DNA of 64,000 nucleotides from an uncultured Acidobacteriaceae bacterium (GTDB taxonomy: Bacteria > Acidobacteriota > Terriglobia > Terriglobales > Acidobacteriaceae): contig CAINJJ010000034.1 of assembly GCA_903849645.1 (NCBI GenBank), forward strand, positions 164,491 to 228,490, written 5' to 3'. Of the stretch, positions 37,059-48,550 are shown one piece after another. How positions within the stretch are numbered: position 1 is the first letter of the stretch; each line of letters opens with the position of its first letter. The notes below the pieces were generated by a model. That model worked only from the letters and a program-made list of their open reading frames with translations. It had not been told where the DNA came from and searched no databases. A program made the translations under genes and the position numbers.

Positions 37059-39143
37059 ATGCTTTTTTCGCCGTTCCGCGCCTGTCTGCTTGCCTCTGCC
37101 TTGGTCCTCTCATCCCTCCCCGCCGCCCTCGCCCAGGCCGCGCCCGACCGCGCCCATATCGAGGAGATTCTCAAGGGCCTCAACCGCGGCCACTCCTTTG
37201 GGCAGGTGGCTGTCGCCCCGGATGGCAAGCGCCTGGCCTGGGTGGACTACACCAAGGAGGGGATGGAGATTCGCGTGGCGCCGCTCAGCGAACCCGCCAA
37301 GAGCGAGCGCGTGACGGCCGCCGCGAAACCTGCCGACCATTGCACCGAAGGCGAGCTTGCCTGGGCCCCCAATGCAAAAGCTCTTGCATTCTTCTCCGAC
37401 TGCGGCAAGGAGGGCCAGCCCGACCTTTACCTCTCGCGCCTTGACGGCTCAGCCCCCCGCCAGCTCACTGCCCTCAAGGGGTACCAGGAAGACCCCGCCT
37501 TCTCGCCCGACGGCAGCCGCATCGCCTTCCTTTATGTGGAGGGCGCCACGCGCGCCTCCGGGGCGCTGGCCGCCATGAAGCCGCCGTCGGGCGTCATCGG
37601 CGAGGACGGCGTGGAGATCCAGCGCGTGGCCCTCGCCGCCGCCGACGCTGCAAGCCCCGCGCCGCCTGTGCTCGCCACCCCCGCCGGCCTGCACGTCTAC
37701 GAGTTCGACTGGCGGCCCGACTCCAAAGGGCTGGCCTACGTGGCCGCCGCGCCGCCGGGAGAGAACAACTGGTGGGTGGCCAAGCTCTATACGCAGGCCC
37801 TGGACGGGGAGCCCAGGCCCATCCTTGCGCCCGCCGAGGTCCCCGGACCGCTCCATGGGCTGCAGATTGCCGTCCCGCGCTGGTCTCCGGACGCCCAGGC
37901 CATCGCCTTCATCGGCGGCCTGATGAGCGACCAGGGGGCAACGGGCGGCGACGTCTGGATCGTCCCCGCTGCCGGCGGCGCGCCCCGCAACCTGAGCCAG
38001 GGACGGCCCACCTCCGCCGCCTGGGTCGAGTGGGAGTCCAACGACCACCTCTTTGTGAGCGAGTTGGCCGGCGGCAACGTGCAGCTCATCCGCTACCACC
38101 TGCAGGGCGACCGCACCAGCGCCGGAGGCCAGATCAACTTCGGCTCCCCCATCTTCAGCATCCCCGGCAGCGTGGGCGACGGGCGCATGGAGCTGAGCCT
38201 TTCGGCCACGGCCGACCACGCGCTGTTTGTCTTTCACGCCTCGAGCTTCGACCATCCCATGGAGCTTTACGCGGCCAAACCGGGCACCGTAATGACCTCT
38301 GGTCTGGAGGGCGTGGTGCAGCTTACCCATGCCAACGACGGCGTGGAGCGGCCCTGGGGCAAGCCGGTCTCGCTCACCTGGAAGAGCGAAAAATTCCGCG
38401 TTCAGGGCTGGCTGCTGGAACCCAAGGACTATGATCCGGCGAAGAAGTACCCGCTCATCGTGTTTGTGCATGGCGGGCCGGCCGCGGCGGTGCTGAGCCG
38501 CTGGGGCGGGGGCGGGGGGCTGAGCGCGGCGGCGTTTTCCGCCCTCGGCTACTTTGTGCTGGAGCCAAACCCACGCGGCAGCTACGGACAGGGCGAGGAC
38601 TTTACGCAGGCCAACGTCAAGGACTTCGGCTACGGCGACCTGCGCGACATTCTGGCCGGGGTGGACGCCGCCGAAGCGAAGTACCCCATCGACCCCGGCC
38701 GCGTGGGCCTGACCGGCTGGAGCTATGGCGGCTTCATGTCGATGTTTGCCGTCACCCAGACCAACCGCTTCAAGGCCGCCGTGGCCGGCGCCGGCATCGC
38801 CAACTGGCAGAGTTACTACGGCGAGAACTCGATCGACCAGTGGATGACGCCCTACTTTGGGGCCTCGGTCTACGACGACCCGGCCGTCTACGCCAAAAGC
38901 TCGGCCATCAACTTTATCGGCAAGGTCACCACGCCCACCCTGGTGGTGGTGGGCGACCGCGACGGAGAGTGCCCGGCGCCGCAGTCCTACGAGTTCTGGC
39001 ACGCCCTCCGCGACAAGCACGTTCCGACACAGCTGGTGGTCTATCCCAACGAGGGCCATGGGTTTGCCGACCCCGCCCACCGGCGGGACGTGCTGGAGCG
39101 CGCCGTGGAGTGGTTCGCCCGGTACATGCCGCCCACCTCGTAA
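37059..39143 (+). CDS. S9-family serine peptidase (prolyl oligopeptidase / acylaminoacyl-peptidase type), secreted
   Basis: Signal peptide present. N-terminal WD40-like propeller (SPDG repeats). C-terminal alpha/beta hydrolase with nucleophile elbow GWSYGGFM, then GDRD and EGHGF. Confidence 0.9.
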   Translation: MLFSPFRACLLASALVLSSLPAALAQAAPDRAHIEEILKGLNRGHSFGQVAVAPDGKRLAWVDYTKEGMEIRVAPLSEPAKSERVTAAAKPADHCTEGELAWAPNAKALAFFSDCGKEGQPDLYLSRLDGSAPRQLTALKGYQEDPAFSPDGSRIAFLYVEGATRASGALAAMKPPSGVIGEDGVEIQRVALAAADAASPAPPVLATPAGLHVYEFDWRPDSKGLAYVAAAPPGENNWWVAKLYTQALDGEPRPILAPAEVPGPLHGLQIAVPRWSPDAQAIAFIGGLMSDQGATGGDVWIVPAAGGAPRNLSQGRPTSAAWVEWESNDHLFVSELAGGNVQLIRYHLQGDRTSAGGQINFGSPIFSIPGSVGDGRMELSLSATADHALFVFHASSFDHPMELYAAKPGTVMTSGLEGVVQLTHANDGVERPWGKPVSLTWKSEKFRVQGWLLEPKDYDPAKKYPLIVFVHGGPAAAVLSRWGGGGGLSAAAFSALGYFVLEPNPRGSYGQGEDFTQANVKDFGYGDLRDILAGVDAAEAKYPIDPGRVGLTGWSYGGFMSMFAVTQTNRFKAAVAGAGIANWQSYYGENSIDQWMTPYFGASVYDDPAVYAKSSAINFIGKVTTPTLVVVGDRDGECPAPQSYEFWHALRDKHVPTQLVVYPNEGHGFADPAHRRDVLERAVEWFARYMPPTS

Positions 39144-39565
39144 TGCCCCCTTCCCCTGCTCCCCATACGGCTCCGGCGGAGTCTATGGGAGTGGGGGGAA
39201 GCGCGTCACTGGCGGGCCGCGCCGCACCGCGGAGCACCCCGTCCTGATACACTTTCCCTTGGAGTACTGAGAGCGCGTTTCGTCGACCGGCTGCATGGAA
39301 GAGCGCGCTGCCGGAAGCCGGCCGTTTGAGCAGGTTCTACCGGCGGCAAGCCAGCCATGGCGTGTTGGCGGACCGTTATCCAGAGCGCTTTCCAGTTTTT
39401 CTGGACTCTCCGGCCTCGTGCCCGGCAGCTTTTTCGCGATGAAAATGAGCTGGCTGGACGAGCGGCCGCGGAGCAGGATAGCTGGAAATTCGCGATAACC
39501 CAAGTTTTCCGACGAATTCGGGAGAGACCGTTCCGCGGCTCGACAAAGCGGGGCGGGGAGGATTC

Positions 39566-41941
39566 ATGCGGCGGTTTTTGACGCTTGTTTGCTTTTTGTG
39601 CCTGGCCATTCCAGCCGGTATTTCGTTCTCCGGCTGCACACGCAACCCGGGCGCGAACTACTGCAATGGCCTTGGCTATGGTTTGAAAGTCACCGATGTG
39701 GCCTCGCTTGACCTGGAGCCGCGCACCACAGGCATTTCCATGTCCTGGGGACAGACCCGCCAGATGCAGTCGCCGACGGCCAAGACCTGCAAGGGCGACT
39801 CGGCCAGCGTGGCCTCCTACAACTACGCCACCACCAATATCCAGATCATCGATGTCTCGCCCACCGGCAACCTGTGCGCCGGAAGCTGGAATCGCAACTC
39901 AGGCGGCGGCATCGCCAACTACACCATCTGCACGGTGCCCACCCCCCTGCCGGCCACCAACGGGCTGCCCTACACAACGGCCTACGTTTCAGCTTCGGCA
40001 AACTCCGTGACGTCCAACCCGGTGCAGGTATTCATCCACGCGCAGGTGACCTCCGTCTCCCTTGTCGGACCGCAGCAGTGCGTTTCCCAGGGCCAGCAGT
40101 CGCAACTGGATGCCCAGGCCTGCTACAGCTCCGGCACACAGCAGTACCTGCTCTGCGCGCCCTCCTCGGTCAGCAGCGCCAACTATGCCTGCCCCCTGGC
40201 TCCCGGCGTAACAACGGTTCCCAGTTGCAGCACGGCCGTTGGCCCGATGATCTATACCGTGGGAACCAGCGCCGTCGCCACCATCAACAGCATCACCAAC
40301 CAGATCACCGCCGACAAGCCCGGCACGACGGCCATCGAGGCTGCGGTGGCCGGAACCGGGTCCTCGGCCGGCTACTTCTCCACCTGCCCGCCCAAGACCA
40401 TCACCGTCACCCTGGCCAACGGCACAACGTCCGGCTCCATCACACAGGGCGTGAGCCAGAACCTGGTGACCACCGTGACGGACACCAACGGCAAAAGCCT
40501 GACCGGCCTGACGCTCGACTACCAGTCCACCGACCCCATCGACATCACGGTGGGCGGCAGCGGCGCCATCTCCCCGAACTACGCGGGAACGGCCGCGGTC
40601 TACGCCATCTGCCAGCCGTCGGCTTGCAATCCCTCGCCGATCAACACCATCGGGCTCAACGGCACCGGGCTGCCCATCTCCTCCAACCCGGTCCAGGTAT
40701 CGGTGCCCGGCACGGCCAGCGACTACATGTGGTTTGGCGCGCCCGGCCAGTCGCAGTACTTCATCCCGGTGGAGTTGCTGACCGGCACCATCGGCTCCAC
40801 GGTGCGGCTGCCTTACGTTCCCAACTCCATGGTGATGGACAAGTCCGGCACCAGCCTCTACTTTGGCTCCTCCCGCGAGCTGATGATCTATTCCACGACC
40901 ACCAGTTCCATCACCAAGCAGGACACATCCGCTCCCGGCGTGGTGCTGGCCGTTTCGCCCACCAATTCGGCGATCCTGATCAACGACCCCATCCGCAAGG
41001 TCTTCTACCTGTACGGCTCCGCCGGCTCGATCGGGTCAAGCTTTGGCGGGCTGGGTACCGCCGCCGCATGGACCCCGGATGGCAAGACGCTCTACATCAC
41101 GGATTCCAAGGCCGCCGGCCCCGAACACACTGACACTCTCTACGTCTACAACGGCAGCACCGGCTGGACCAGCTACGACCTGAGCGCCTCCGGCGGCTCC
41201 ACCAATCTGGCCCTCACCGTTCCCGGCGTGGGCGCCTATCTCAGCGGCAACCCCACGGTGGCCCACACCTGGTGCCCCTCCGGCACCGTCGGCGACTACG
41301 CATCCATGACCTTCTATCCGGAGGGGGATTCGGTTGCGACGCAGACGGATATTCTGGCCGCCACCATCGACGGCCGGCACATCCTCGGCGCGGCCTTGTC
41401 TGGCGCCTCCATCGCTCTCTCCGATATCGGGGTGACGATTCCCAGCGGCGATTGCGCTCCGGCCGACGCGACGGGCAAGATGAGCGCGCTCAAGCTGACC
41501 CACACGCTCAACCAGATTGCCCTCACCAGCGTCAACGCCACGGCCATCAACCAGATTGTTCCTTCGCCGGCGTCAAACCTGGCCTTCATCACTTACGCCG
41601 GCACAACCCCAGGCGCGCAGTTGCCCTACTACGTGCCGGGAGCCGGCGGCGCTGCCGGCACAGTCCATTACCTGCCCCTCGCCGGCAACGCGGCCATCAC
41701 GGCGCCACTGGCTGGAGCCTTCACGCCAGACGACAAGCTCTTCTTTGTCTCCACGGCGGGCGACAACCAGATTCACTACATCGACGTACCCACCCTGACG
41801 GACAAGCAGCAGATTGCTCCCAACCTGCCCGCCTGCACGCCGGATTCGGCGGGCGGCAATGACCCCGGCTGCCTTCACTCCGGCAGCGGCACCGTCGTTC
41901 CGGCCACGGTCATCGCGGTCAAGCCCCGCTCCACCACCTAG
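39566..41941 (+). CDS. Large lipoprotein with Ig-like and beta-propeller-like regions, function unknown
   Basis: GGAGGA lies upstream. Lipobox ISFSGC. S/T/G-rich Ig-like N-terminal half. The C-terminal half has propeller-type repeats (GTSLYFGSS, DGKTLYITDS, DKLFFVSTAGDNQIHYIDV). Confidence 0.7.
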   Translation: MRRFLTLVCFLCLAIPAGISFSGCTRNPGANYCNGLGYGLKVTDVASLDLEPRTTGISMSWGQTRQMQSPTAKTCKGDSASVASYNYATTNIQIIDVSPTGNLCAGSWNRNSGGGIANYTICTVPTPLPATNGLPYTTAYVSASANSVTSNPVQVFIHAQVTSVSLVGPQQCVSQGQQSQLDAQACYSSGTQQYLLCAPSSVSSANYACPLAPGVTTVPSCSTAVGPMIYTVGTSAVATINSITNQITADKPGTTAIEAAVAGTGSSAGYFSTCPPKTITVTLANGTTSGSITQGVSQNLVTTVTDTNGKSLTGLTLDYQSTDPIDITVGGSGAISPNYAGTAAVYAICQPSACNPSPINTIGLNGTGLPISSNPVQVSVPGTASDYMWFGAPGQSQYFIPVELLTGTIGSTVRLPYVPNSMVMDKSGTSLYFGSSRELMIYSTTTSSITKQDTSAPGVVLAVSPTNSAILINDPIRKVFYLYGSAGSIGSSFGGLGTAAAWTPDGKTLYITDSKAAGPEHTDTLYVYNGSTGWTSYDLSASGGSTNLALTVPGVGAYLSGNPTVAHTWCPSGTVGDYASMTFYPEGDSVATQTDILAATIDGRHILGAALSGASIALSDIGVTIPSGDCAPADATGKMSALKLTHTLNQIALTSVNATAINQIVPSPASNLAFITYAGTTPGAQLPYYVPGAGGAAGTVHYLPLAGNAAITAPLAGAFTPDDKLFFVSTAGDNQIHYIDVPTLTDKQQIAPNLPACTPDSAGGNDPGCLHSGSGTVVPATVIAVKPRSTT

Positions 41942-42125
41942 GGTGGTGCGTCTAAAAGTACGTTTACAAAACCGCGCGGTGGAATACTGCACCTAGCCGG
42001 CGGTTTTGTGTCGTGGTGAGTTCGGAGGCAGGACTCCCGCGCAAGAAACGGAAATGCCTTGCCGCGATCCAGGCCGGGGGGGTAAACCGGCATCCAGGCG
42101 TGGCGCCCGGCGGCGGGAACTTTGG

Positions 42126-42160
42126 TTTCCCAGGTCCCAATGCGCAAGGGACCTGGGAAA
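42126..42160. repeat. Perfect 13-bp hairpin, member of a dispersed REP-like family (second copy at 59129-59157)
   Basis: TTTCCCAGGTCCC-aatgcgcaa-GGGACCTGGGAAA, between convergent gene ends. The 13-mer TTTCCCAGGTCCC recurs exactly at 59129-59141. Confidence 0.65.
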
Positions 42161-42180
42161 TCCTGCTGAGAACAAAATGG

Positions 42181-42468
42181 CTAGCTCAACGCGACCAGGT
42201 TTTCCAGGGCACGCTCGCGCATCTTCTGGTACAGGCCACCGACGGCATGCTTCTTGAAGTGGTCAGACTGCCGGTGCGCCTCCAAGGCGGCGGCGTCCTT
42301 GTACTGCTCGTAGATGAGCACGGTGTCGGGGTCGTCTTCCAGGTGGTGGGGCACATAGGTGACGCAGCCCGGTTCCTGGCGGGAAGCGGCGGTCAAGAGG
42401 CGCAGCGACTCGGCAATGTCTGAGCGGTCTTCCGGGGCAAACTTGAGCCGTACCAAAAAGCTGATCAT
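42181..42468 (-). CDS. Antibiotic-biosynthesis-monooxygenase (ABM) domain protein / putative quinol monooxygenase
   Basis: 95 aa. Contains EPGCVTYVPHHLEDDPDTVLIYEQYKDAAALEAHRQSDHFKK, the typical ABM ferredoxin-like fold sequence. Confidence 0.8.
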   Translation of the reverse strand: MISFLVRLKFAPEDRSDIAESLRLLTAASRQEPGCVTYVPHHLEDDPDTVLIYEQYKDAAALEAHRQSDHFKKHAVGGLYQKMRERALENLVALS

Positions 42469-42528
42469 GGGGAGTACGTTCCTTCTGGCCCCTGGAGGGA
42501 ATAAGTCGCCGGGGCCTATCGTTCGAGT

Positions 42529-43851
42529 CTACCTTTTCATGCTGTCGAGGGCTGTGGCAAACTCCGGCAAGACCATCGTCTGATCCCGGTCCGGTCCCGT
42601 AGATACCATGCCGATCTTTGCCCCGCTCTCGCGCTCCTGGAAGCGCAGATACTCCTGCGCCTCCTGGGGGAGCTTGTCGAAGTCGGTAATTCCCTCGGTT
42701 GAGGTGCGCCAGCCCTTGAGGGTGGTGTAGACGGGCTTGATCCGCTCCAGTCCCTGGACGTCGGCGGGAATCTCGTCGGTCACCTTGCCGCCGATCTCGT
42801 AGCCCACGCAGATGGGAATCTCCTCGAGCTCGTCGAGGACATCGAGCTTGGTAACCACCAGCCACTCGGCGCCGTTCACCTGGTTGGAGTAGCGCAGGAG
42901 GGGAATATCCAGCCAGCCGCAGCGGCGGGGACGGCCTGTGACCGCGCCATATTCATTGCCGCGGGCGCGCAGGTGCTCGCCGACCTCTTCGTGAATCTCG
43001 GTGGGGAAGGGTCCCTCGCCCACACGCGTGACATAGGCCTTGGTAACGCTGATCACGGTGCCGATGGCGGTGGGGCCCACGCCTGTTCCGGTGGCCGCAC
43101 CGCCGGCCGTGGCGGACGATGAGGTAACAAACGGATAGGTGCCGTGGTCGATGTCGAGCATGGTTCCCTGCGCGCCCTCGAACATGACGCTGCCGCCCTC
43201 GGCCAGAATCTTGTTGAGCAGCCGGCCCGTGTCGGCGACGAAGGGACGCACCTGCTCGGCCGCCGCGGCGTACTCGTCAAACATCTTTGCCGGGTCAAGC
43301 GGGGCGGTTCCGGCGCCAAACAGCGCCTTCACAATCGCGTTCTTCTCCGCGCATGCCTCTTCTATGTGCGTCTTGAGCAGATCTGGCCGCAGCAGGTCCA
43401 CGATGCGCAGCCCGCTGCGGGCCATCTTGTCTTCGTAGGCCGGGCCGATGCCGCGGCTGGTGGTGCCGATCTTCTGGCGCCCCGGCGCGCTCTCGGCGGC
43501 CAGCTCGATCATGCGGTGGTAGGGCAGGATGACCTGCGCCCGGTTCGACACAAAGAGCTGGTCGTCCACTGCCACGCCGAGCCCCCGCAGCTTGGCCACT
43601 TCCTTCAGGAACGCGATCGGGTCCAGCACCACGCCGTTGCCGATGATGCCCCGGCAGCCCGGCCGCAGTACGCCACAGGGAATCAACTGCAGCACAAACT
43701 TTTGCCCGCCGATGATGACGGTGTGTCCAGCGTTGTGTCCGCCGGCATAGCGGGCCACGGCGGTGAACCGCTCGCTCAACACATCAACGATCTTGCCCTT
43801 GCCCTCGTCGCCCCATTGGGCGCCCAGCACTACCGCAGTCTTTGCTCGCAT
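42529..43851 (-). CDS. purA: Adenylosuccinate synthase
   Basis: Starts MRAKTAVVLGAQWGDEGKGK. Motifs GHNAGHT and TTSRGIGPAYEDK. I use ATG 43851, not the track start 43938. Confidence 0.93.
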   Translation of the reverse strand: MRAKTAVVLGAQWGDEGKGKIVDVLSERFTAVARYAGGHNAGHTVIIGGQKFVLQLIPCGVLRPGCRGIIGNGVVLDPIAFLKEVAKLRGLGVAVDDQLFVSNRAQVILPYHRMIELAAESAPGRQKIGTTSRGIGPAYEDKMARSGLRIVDLLRPDLLKTHIEEACAEKNAIVKALFGAGTAPLDPAKMFDEYAAAAEQVRPFVADTGRLLNKILAEGGSVMFEGAQGTMLDIDHGTYPFVTSSSATAGGAATGTGVGPTAIGTVISVTKAYVTRVGEGPFPTEIHEEVGEHLRARGNEYGAVTGRPRRCGWLDIPLLRYSNQVNGAEWLVVTKLDVLDELEEIPICVGYEIGGKVTDEIPADVQGLERIKPVYTTLKGWRTSTEGITDFDKLPQEAQEYLRFQERESGAKIGMVSTGPDRDQTMVLPEFATALDSMKR

Positions 43852-44048
43852 CAGATTCCGTTTCTCGCAGGGATACCCCTGGCGGGCCGTCTCGTCCGAG
43901 ACCTTCCGCGCAAGGGCTATCAGGTTAGGCGCAGCCAAAGGGCCGAGCGCCGTCTCTCATGATAAACCCTGCATCTCTCCGCTTCTTACCCATCCCGGCC
44001 ACACCCACCCCCCTCCCCTCCGGCCTTATCCTTACGGTAAGGTCCTCC

Positions 44049-45833
44049 ATGTCCGACTTTGCCCAGACCGTCAAGCAGCAGGCCGACATCGTCAAGGTGA
44101 TCGAGGGCTACATCCGCCTGCGCAAGGCCGGCGCCCAGAACTACTCCGGCCTCTGCCCCTTCCACAAGGAAAAGTCGCCTTCGTTCTCCGTCCATGCCGT
44201 GCGCCAGTTCTTCCACTGCTTCGGCTGCGGCGTCTCCGGCGACGTCTTCACCTTCGTCGCCAAGATCGAAAACGTGGGCTTCCCCGAGGCCGTGCGCATT
44301 GTCGTCGGCAAGTGCGGCATTCCCCTGCCCAAGCGCGAGTTTTCCTCGCCCGAGCAGGCGGCCGAATCCCGCCAGCGCGCCAAGCTTCTGGAGTTGCACG
44401 AGACCGCCGCCGCCTGGTTTGAAGAGCAGTTGCGCTCCCCCGAAGGCGCCGTGGCCCGCGAATACCTGGCCGGCCGGGGACTCACCCCCGAGGGCATCAA
44501 GGCCTTTCGCATCGGCTACGCCCCTGACAGCTTCAACGCCCTGCGCGACCGCCTCAGCGGCATGGCCGATAACGAAACCCTGCGCGCCAGCGGCCTCTTC
44601 AGCGCCAAGGAACAGGGCGACGGCACTCTCGGCCCAATCTACGACCGCTTCCGCAAGCGCGTCATGTTTCCCATCGCCAATGAGAGCGGGCGCGTGATCG
44701 CCTTTACCGCGCGCACCCTGGAAACCGGTGAAAAGGCCGGCCCCAAGTACGTGAACTCTCCGGAGACCCCGCTCTACTCCAAGGGCCAGGTGCTCTTCAA
44801 TCTCGACAAGGCCCGCACGGTCATCCGCCAGGCGGACTTCGCCCTGCTGGTCGAGGGCCAGATGGACTGCATCTCCGTCTTTCTGCGCGGCATCCAGAAT
44901 GTGATCGCCACCAGCGGCACGGCTTTCACCGAGCAGCAGGTGGCCCTGTTGCGCCGCCACACCTCCAACGTGGTGGTCAACTTTGACCCCGACGCCGCCG
45001 GGGCCAATGCCGCCGAGAAGTCCGTCGCCCTGCTCACCGAAGAGGGTTTCAACCTCAAGATCGTCACCCTGGACGACGGCCTTGACCCCGACCGCTTCAT
45101 CCGCGAGCGCGGCCTCCAGGCCTATACCGCCGCCATCCGGGGGGCTCGCCGCCAGTCCGACTACCTCATCGAGCGCGCCCGTCAGCTCTTTCCCGGCGCC
45201 AGCGCGGAGCAGAAGGTCAAGGCCATGAACTACCTGCTGCCCCACATCCGCCGGATGCCGGAGAAGCTGGTCCGCGACCAGTTTGCCCAGGACGCCGCCC
45301 AAAGCCTGGGCATCGACTCCGCCGTCCTCCGCGAGGAGCTGCGCCAGGCCGCGCTGCGCCGCCGCGACCATATAGAAGTCCGCGCCAGCACCCTCACCGA
45401 GGTCGAGCGCGTGCTTATCCGCGCCCTCGCCATCGAGGACCCCGAATTCGCGGGCTCCCGACGGCTCGCCATGCAGGCCATCGCCGAGCGCCCTGAGTGG
45501 TTTGAACACCTGGGATGCTGCGCGGCCATCACCGCCCTCGCCAATCGCCAGACCGCCGACCCCATGGCTGTGGTGGAAGACCCGGCCCAGCGCGCCCTGC
45601 TGGCCGAAGTGCTGCTGGCCGAGACCAAGCCGCCCGGCGAAAATGAAGTCCAGAGCGCCATCCAGGAGATTCAGGAGCGCGCCATCGAGACCCGTCTCCG
45701 CGACCTACGTACCCTCATCGGCGAGGCCGAGCGGCGCGCCGACTTTGCAGAATTGGCCCTGCTCACCCAGCAGAAGCTCGAACTCGACCGGACGCTCCGC
45801 CAGTTTCACAACCAGCGCCCCTCCCAGCGGTAG
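44049..45833 (+). CDS. dnaG: DNA primase
   Basis: Zinc ribbon CPFHKEKSPSFSV...FHCFGCG. TOPRIM region (LVEGQMDCIS, NFDPDAAG). I use ATG 44049 (MSDFAQTVKQQADIV). Confidence 0.92.
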   Translation: MSDFAQTVKQQADIVKVIEGYIRLRKAGAQNYSGLCPFHKEKSPSFSVHAVRQFFHCFGCGVSGDVFTFVAKIENVGFPEAVRIVVGKCGIPLPKREFSSPEQAAESRQRAKLLELHETAAAWFEEQLRSPEGAVAREYLAGRGLTPEGIKAFRIGYAPDSFNALRDRLSGMADNETLRASGLFSAKEQGDGTLGPIYDRFRKRVMFPIANESGRVIAFTARTLETGEKAGPKYVNSPETPLYSKGQVLFNLDKARTVIRQADFALLVEGQMDCISVFLRGIQNVIATSGTAFTEQQVALLRRHTSNVVVNFDPDAAGANAAEKSVALLTEEGFNLKIVTLDDGLDPDRFIRERGLQAYTAAIRGARRQSDYLIERARQLFPGASAEQKVKAMNYLLPHIRRMPEKLVRDQFAQDAAQSLGIDSAVLREELRQAALRRRDHIEVRASTLTEVERVLIRALAIEDPEFAGSRRLAMQAIAERPEWFEHLGCCAAITALANRQTADPMAVVEDPAQRALLAEVLLAETKPPGENEVQSAIQEIQERAIETRLRDLRTLIGEAERRADFAELALLTQQKLELDRTLRQFHNQRPSQR

Positions 45834-45959
45834 TGCCGCCCGCCCCAAAACCGCTCTCTCCCCGCAAAAACTGCGTCGATTTCCCCGCTCCCGCGTCTAA
45901 AAGTCAGGAGAGCGAGCGGATTCAACGCCTGTTTGCCGGGTTTGCCGGCCCAGTGGCTC

Positions 45960-45990
45960 GGTGCAAACGTGCACCCCGTCTCGTTTTTTT
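45960..45990 (+). terminator. Terminator-like hairpin after dnaG
   Basis: GGTGCA-aacg-TGCACC is followed after 8 nt by TTTTTTT. Non-canonical spacing. Confidence 0.4.
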
Positions 45991-46189
45991 CACTGGTTTC
46001 GTCACGGTGGAGTGTGGTAGTCTACTAGTCTCTGTGAGGATGTGCGCCCCTTTGCCCCAACAATGAGCTACGGCTCGTGGGCGACCCAGGTAAAACCTGA
46101 AGCGCTTGTCATCCTCTCCCGAGCATCCACCTGAAACCGCTTCTTTGATGCGGGTGACCGCAGGTCCGTGTCCACACGCGGCGACTCAA

Positions 46190-46216
46190 AGATTTTCCTC
46201 GGGGAAATCTTTTTTC
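46190..46216 (+). terminator. Intrinsic-terminator-like hairpin 76 nt upstream of the rpoD start
   Basis: AGATTTTCC-tcg-GGGAAATCT forms a 9-bp stem with one G-U pair. It is immediately followed by TTTTTCG. Confidence 0.5.
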
Positions 46217-46291
46217 GCGCGTTCTGACCGGGCTCCGCACTGGCGCGCAAGCCGGTGCTGAATCTGCCTTGCGCAAGAGAGTAGGACTATT

Positions 46292-47989
<1,698 letters not shown>

Positions 47990-48000
47990 CCAACCGCGCC

Positions 48001-48033
48001 GGGGCAGCCGCGCGTCGCGCGCGGCCCTGCCCC
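48001..48033 (+). terminator. GC-rich hairpin after rpoD
   Basis: GGGGCAGCCGCGCG-tcg-CGCGCGG(cc)CTGCCCC forms 14 bp with a 2-nt bulge, 12 nt after the stop. No U-tract. Confidence 0.45.
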
Positions 48034-48099
48034 ACGCACAAGCCTGAGGGAGCGGTGGGCTTCACGAGCTGCGGAAAACCCCCTGGACCCGACTGGTTC

Positions 48100-48192
48100 C
48101 GCGTTCCATCGCGCCGTAGGCGCAGGGTTCATTAGCCCCGCGCTTCAGCGTGGGGAAAGGGGCCAAAAAGAGACCGCGAGTCCCGTAGGGAC
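48100..48192. repeat. REP-like unit with mini-hairpins
   Basis: GCGCC-gta-GGCGC (48111-48123), CGC-ttca-GCG (48141-48150) and GTCCC-gta-GGGAC (48180-48192). The GC-TTCA-GC motif is shared with the 28.4-kb element. Confidence 0.4.
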
Positions 48193-48319
48193 GGCGCAAA
48201 ACGTCGAACTTGTCGCCAATACAACCTTCATGCGTCTCACCCTTATACAGCCCTCCGTGTCGCGCAAGTCCGCCCCTGCTGAGGGATGCCAAGCCTAGAC
48301 ACCTCAAGGAGTTGGCGGG

Positions 48320-48505
48320 TTGGCTCCCAACATGGACCTCGCCAAGCGGCGCGCCGATGCAGTGGTCAAAGCCCTCACCCTGCAATACGGCGTCAATGCT
48401 GCCCGTCTTTCCGCCCAGGGCGCAGGACCTCTGGCCCCGGTGGCCAGCAACCGCAGCGAAGATGGCCGCGCAAAGAACCGCCGCGTCGAACTGGTTGAGC
48501 AGTAA
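48320..48505 (+). pseudogene. Remnant of an OmpA-like peptidoglycan-binding domain (C-terminal half only)
   Basis: DLAKRRADAVVKALTLQYGVNAARLSAQGAGPLAPVASNRSEDGRAKNRRVELVEQ matches the distal half of the OmpA_C-like domain (LS.RRA.AV...L...GV...R....G.G...P...N.T.EGRA.NRRVEL). An in-frame TAG at 48296-48298 removes the rest. No signal peptide or N-terminal domain. Confidence 0.55.
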
Positions 48506-48550
48506 CTGCACCTCTGCGTGTGACTCCACCCTGTCCAATCCCAATGAACT

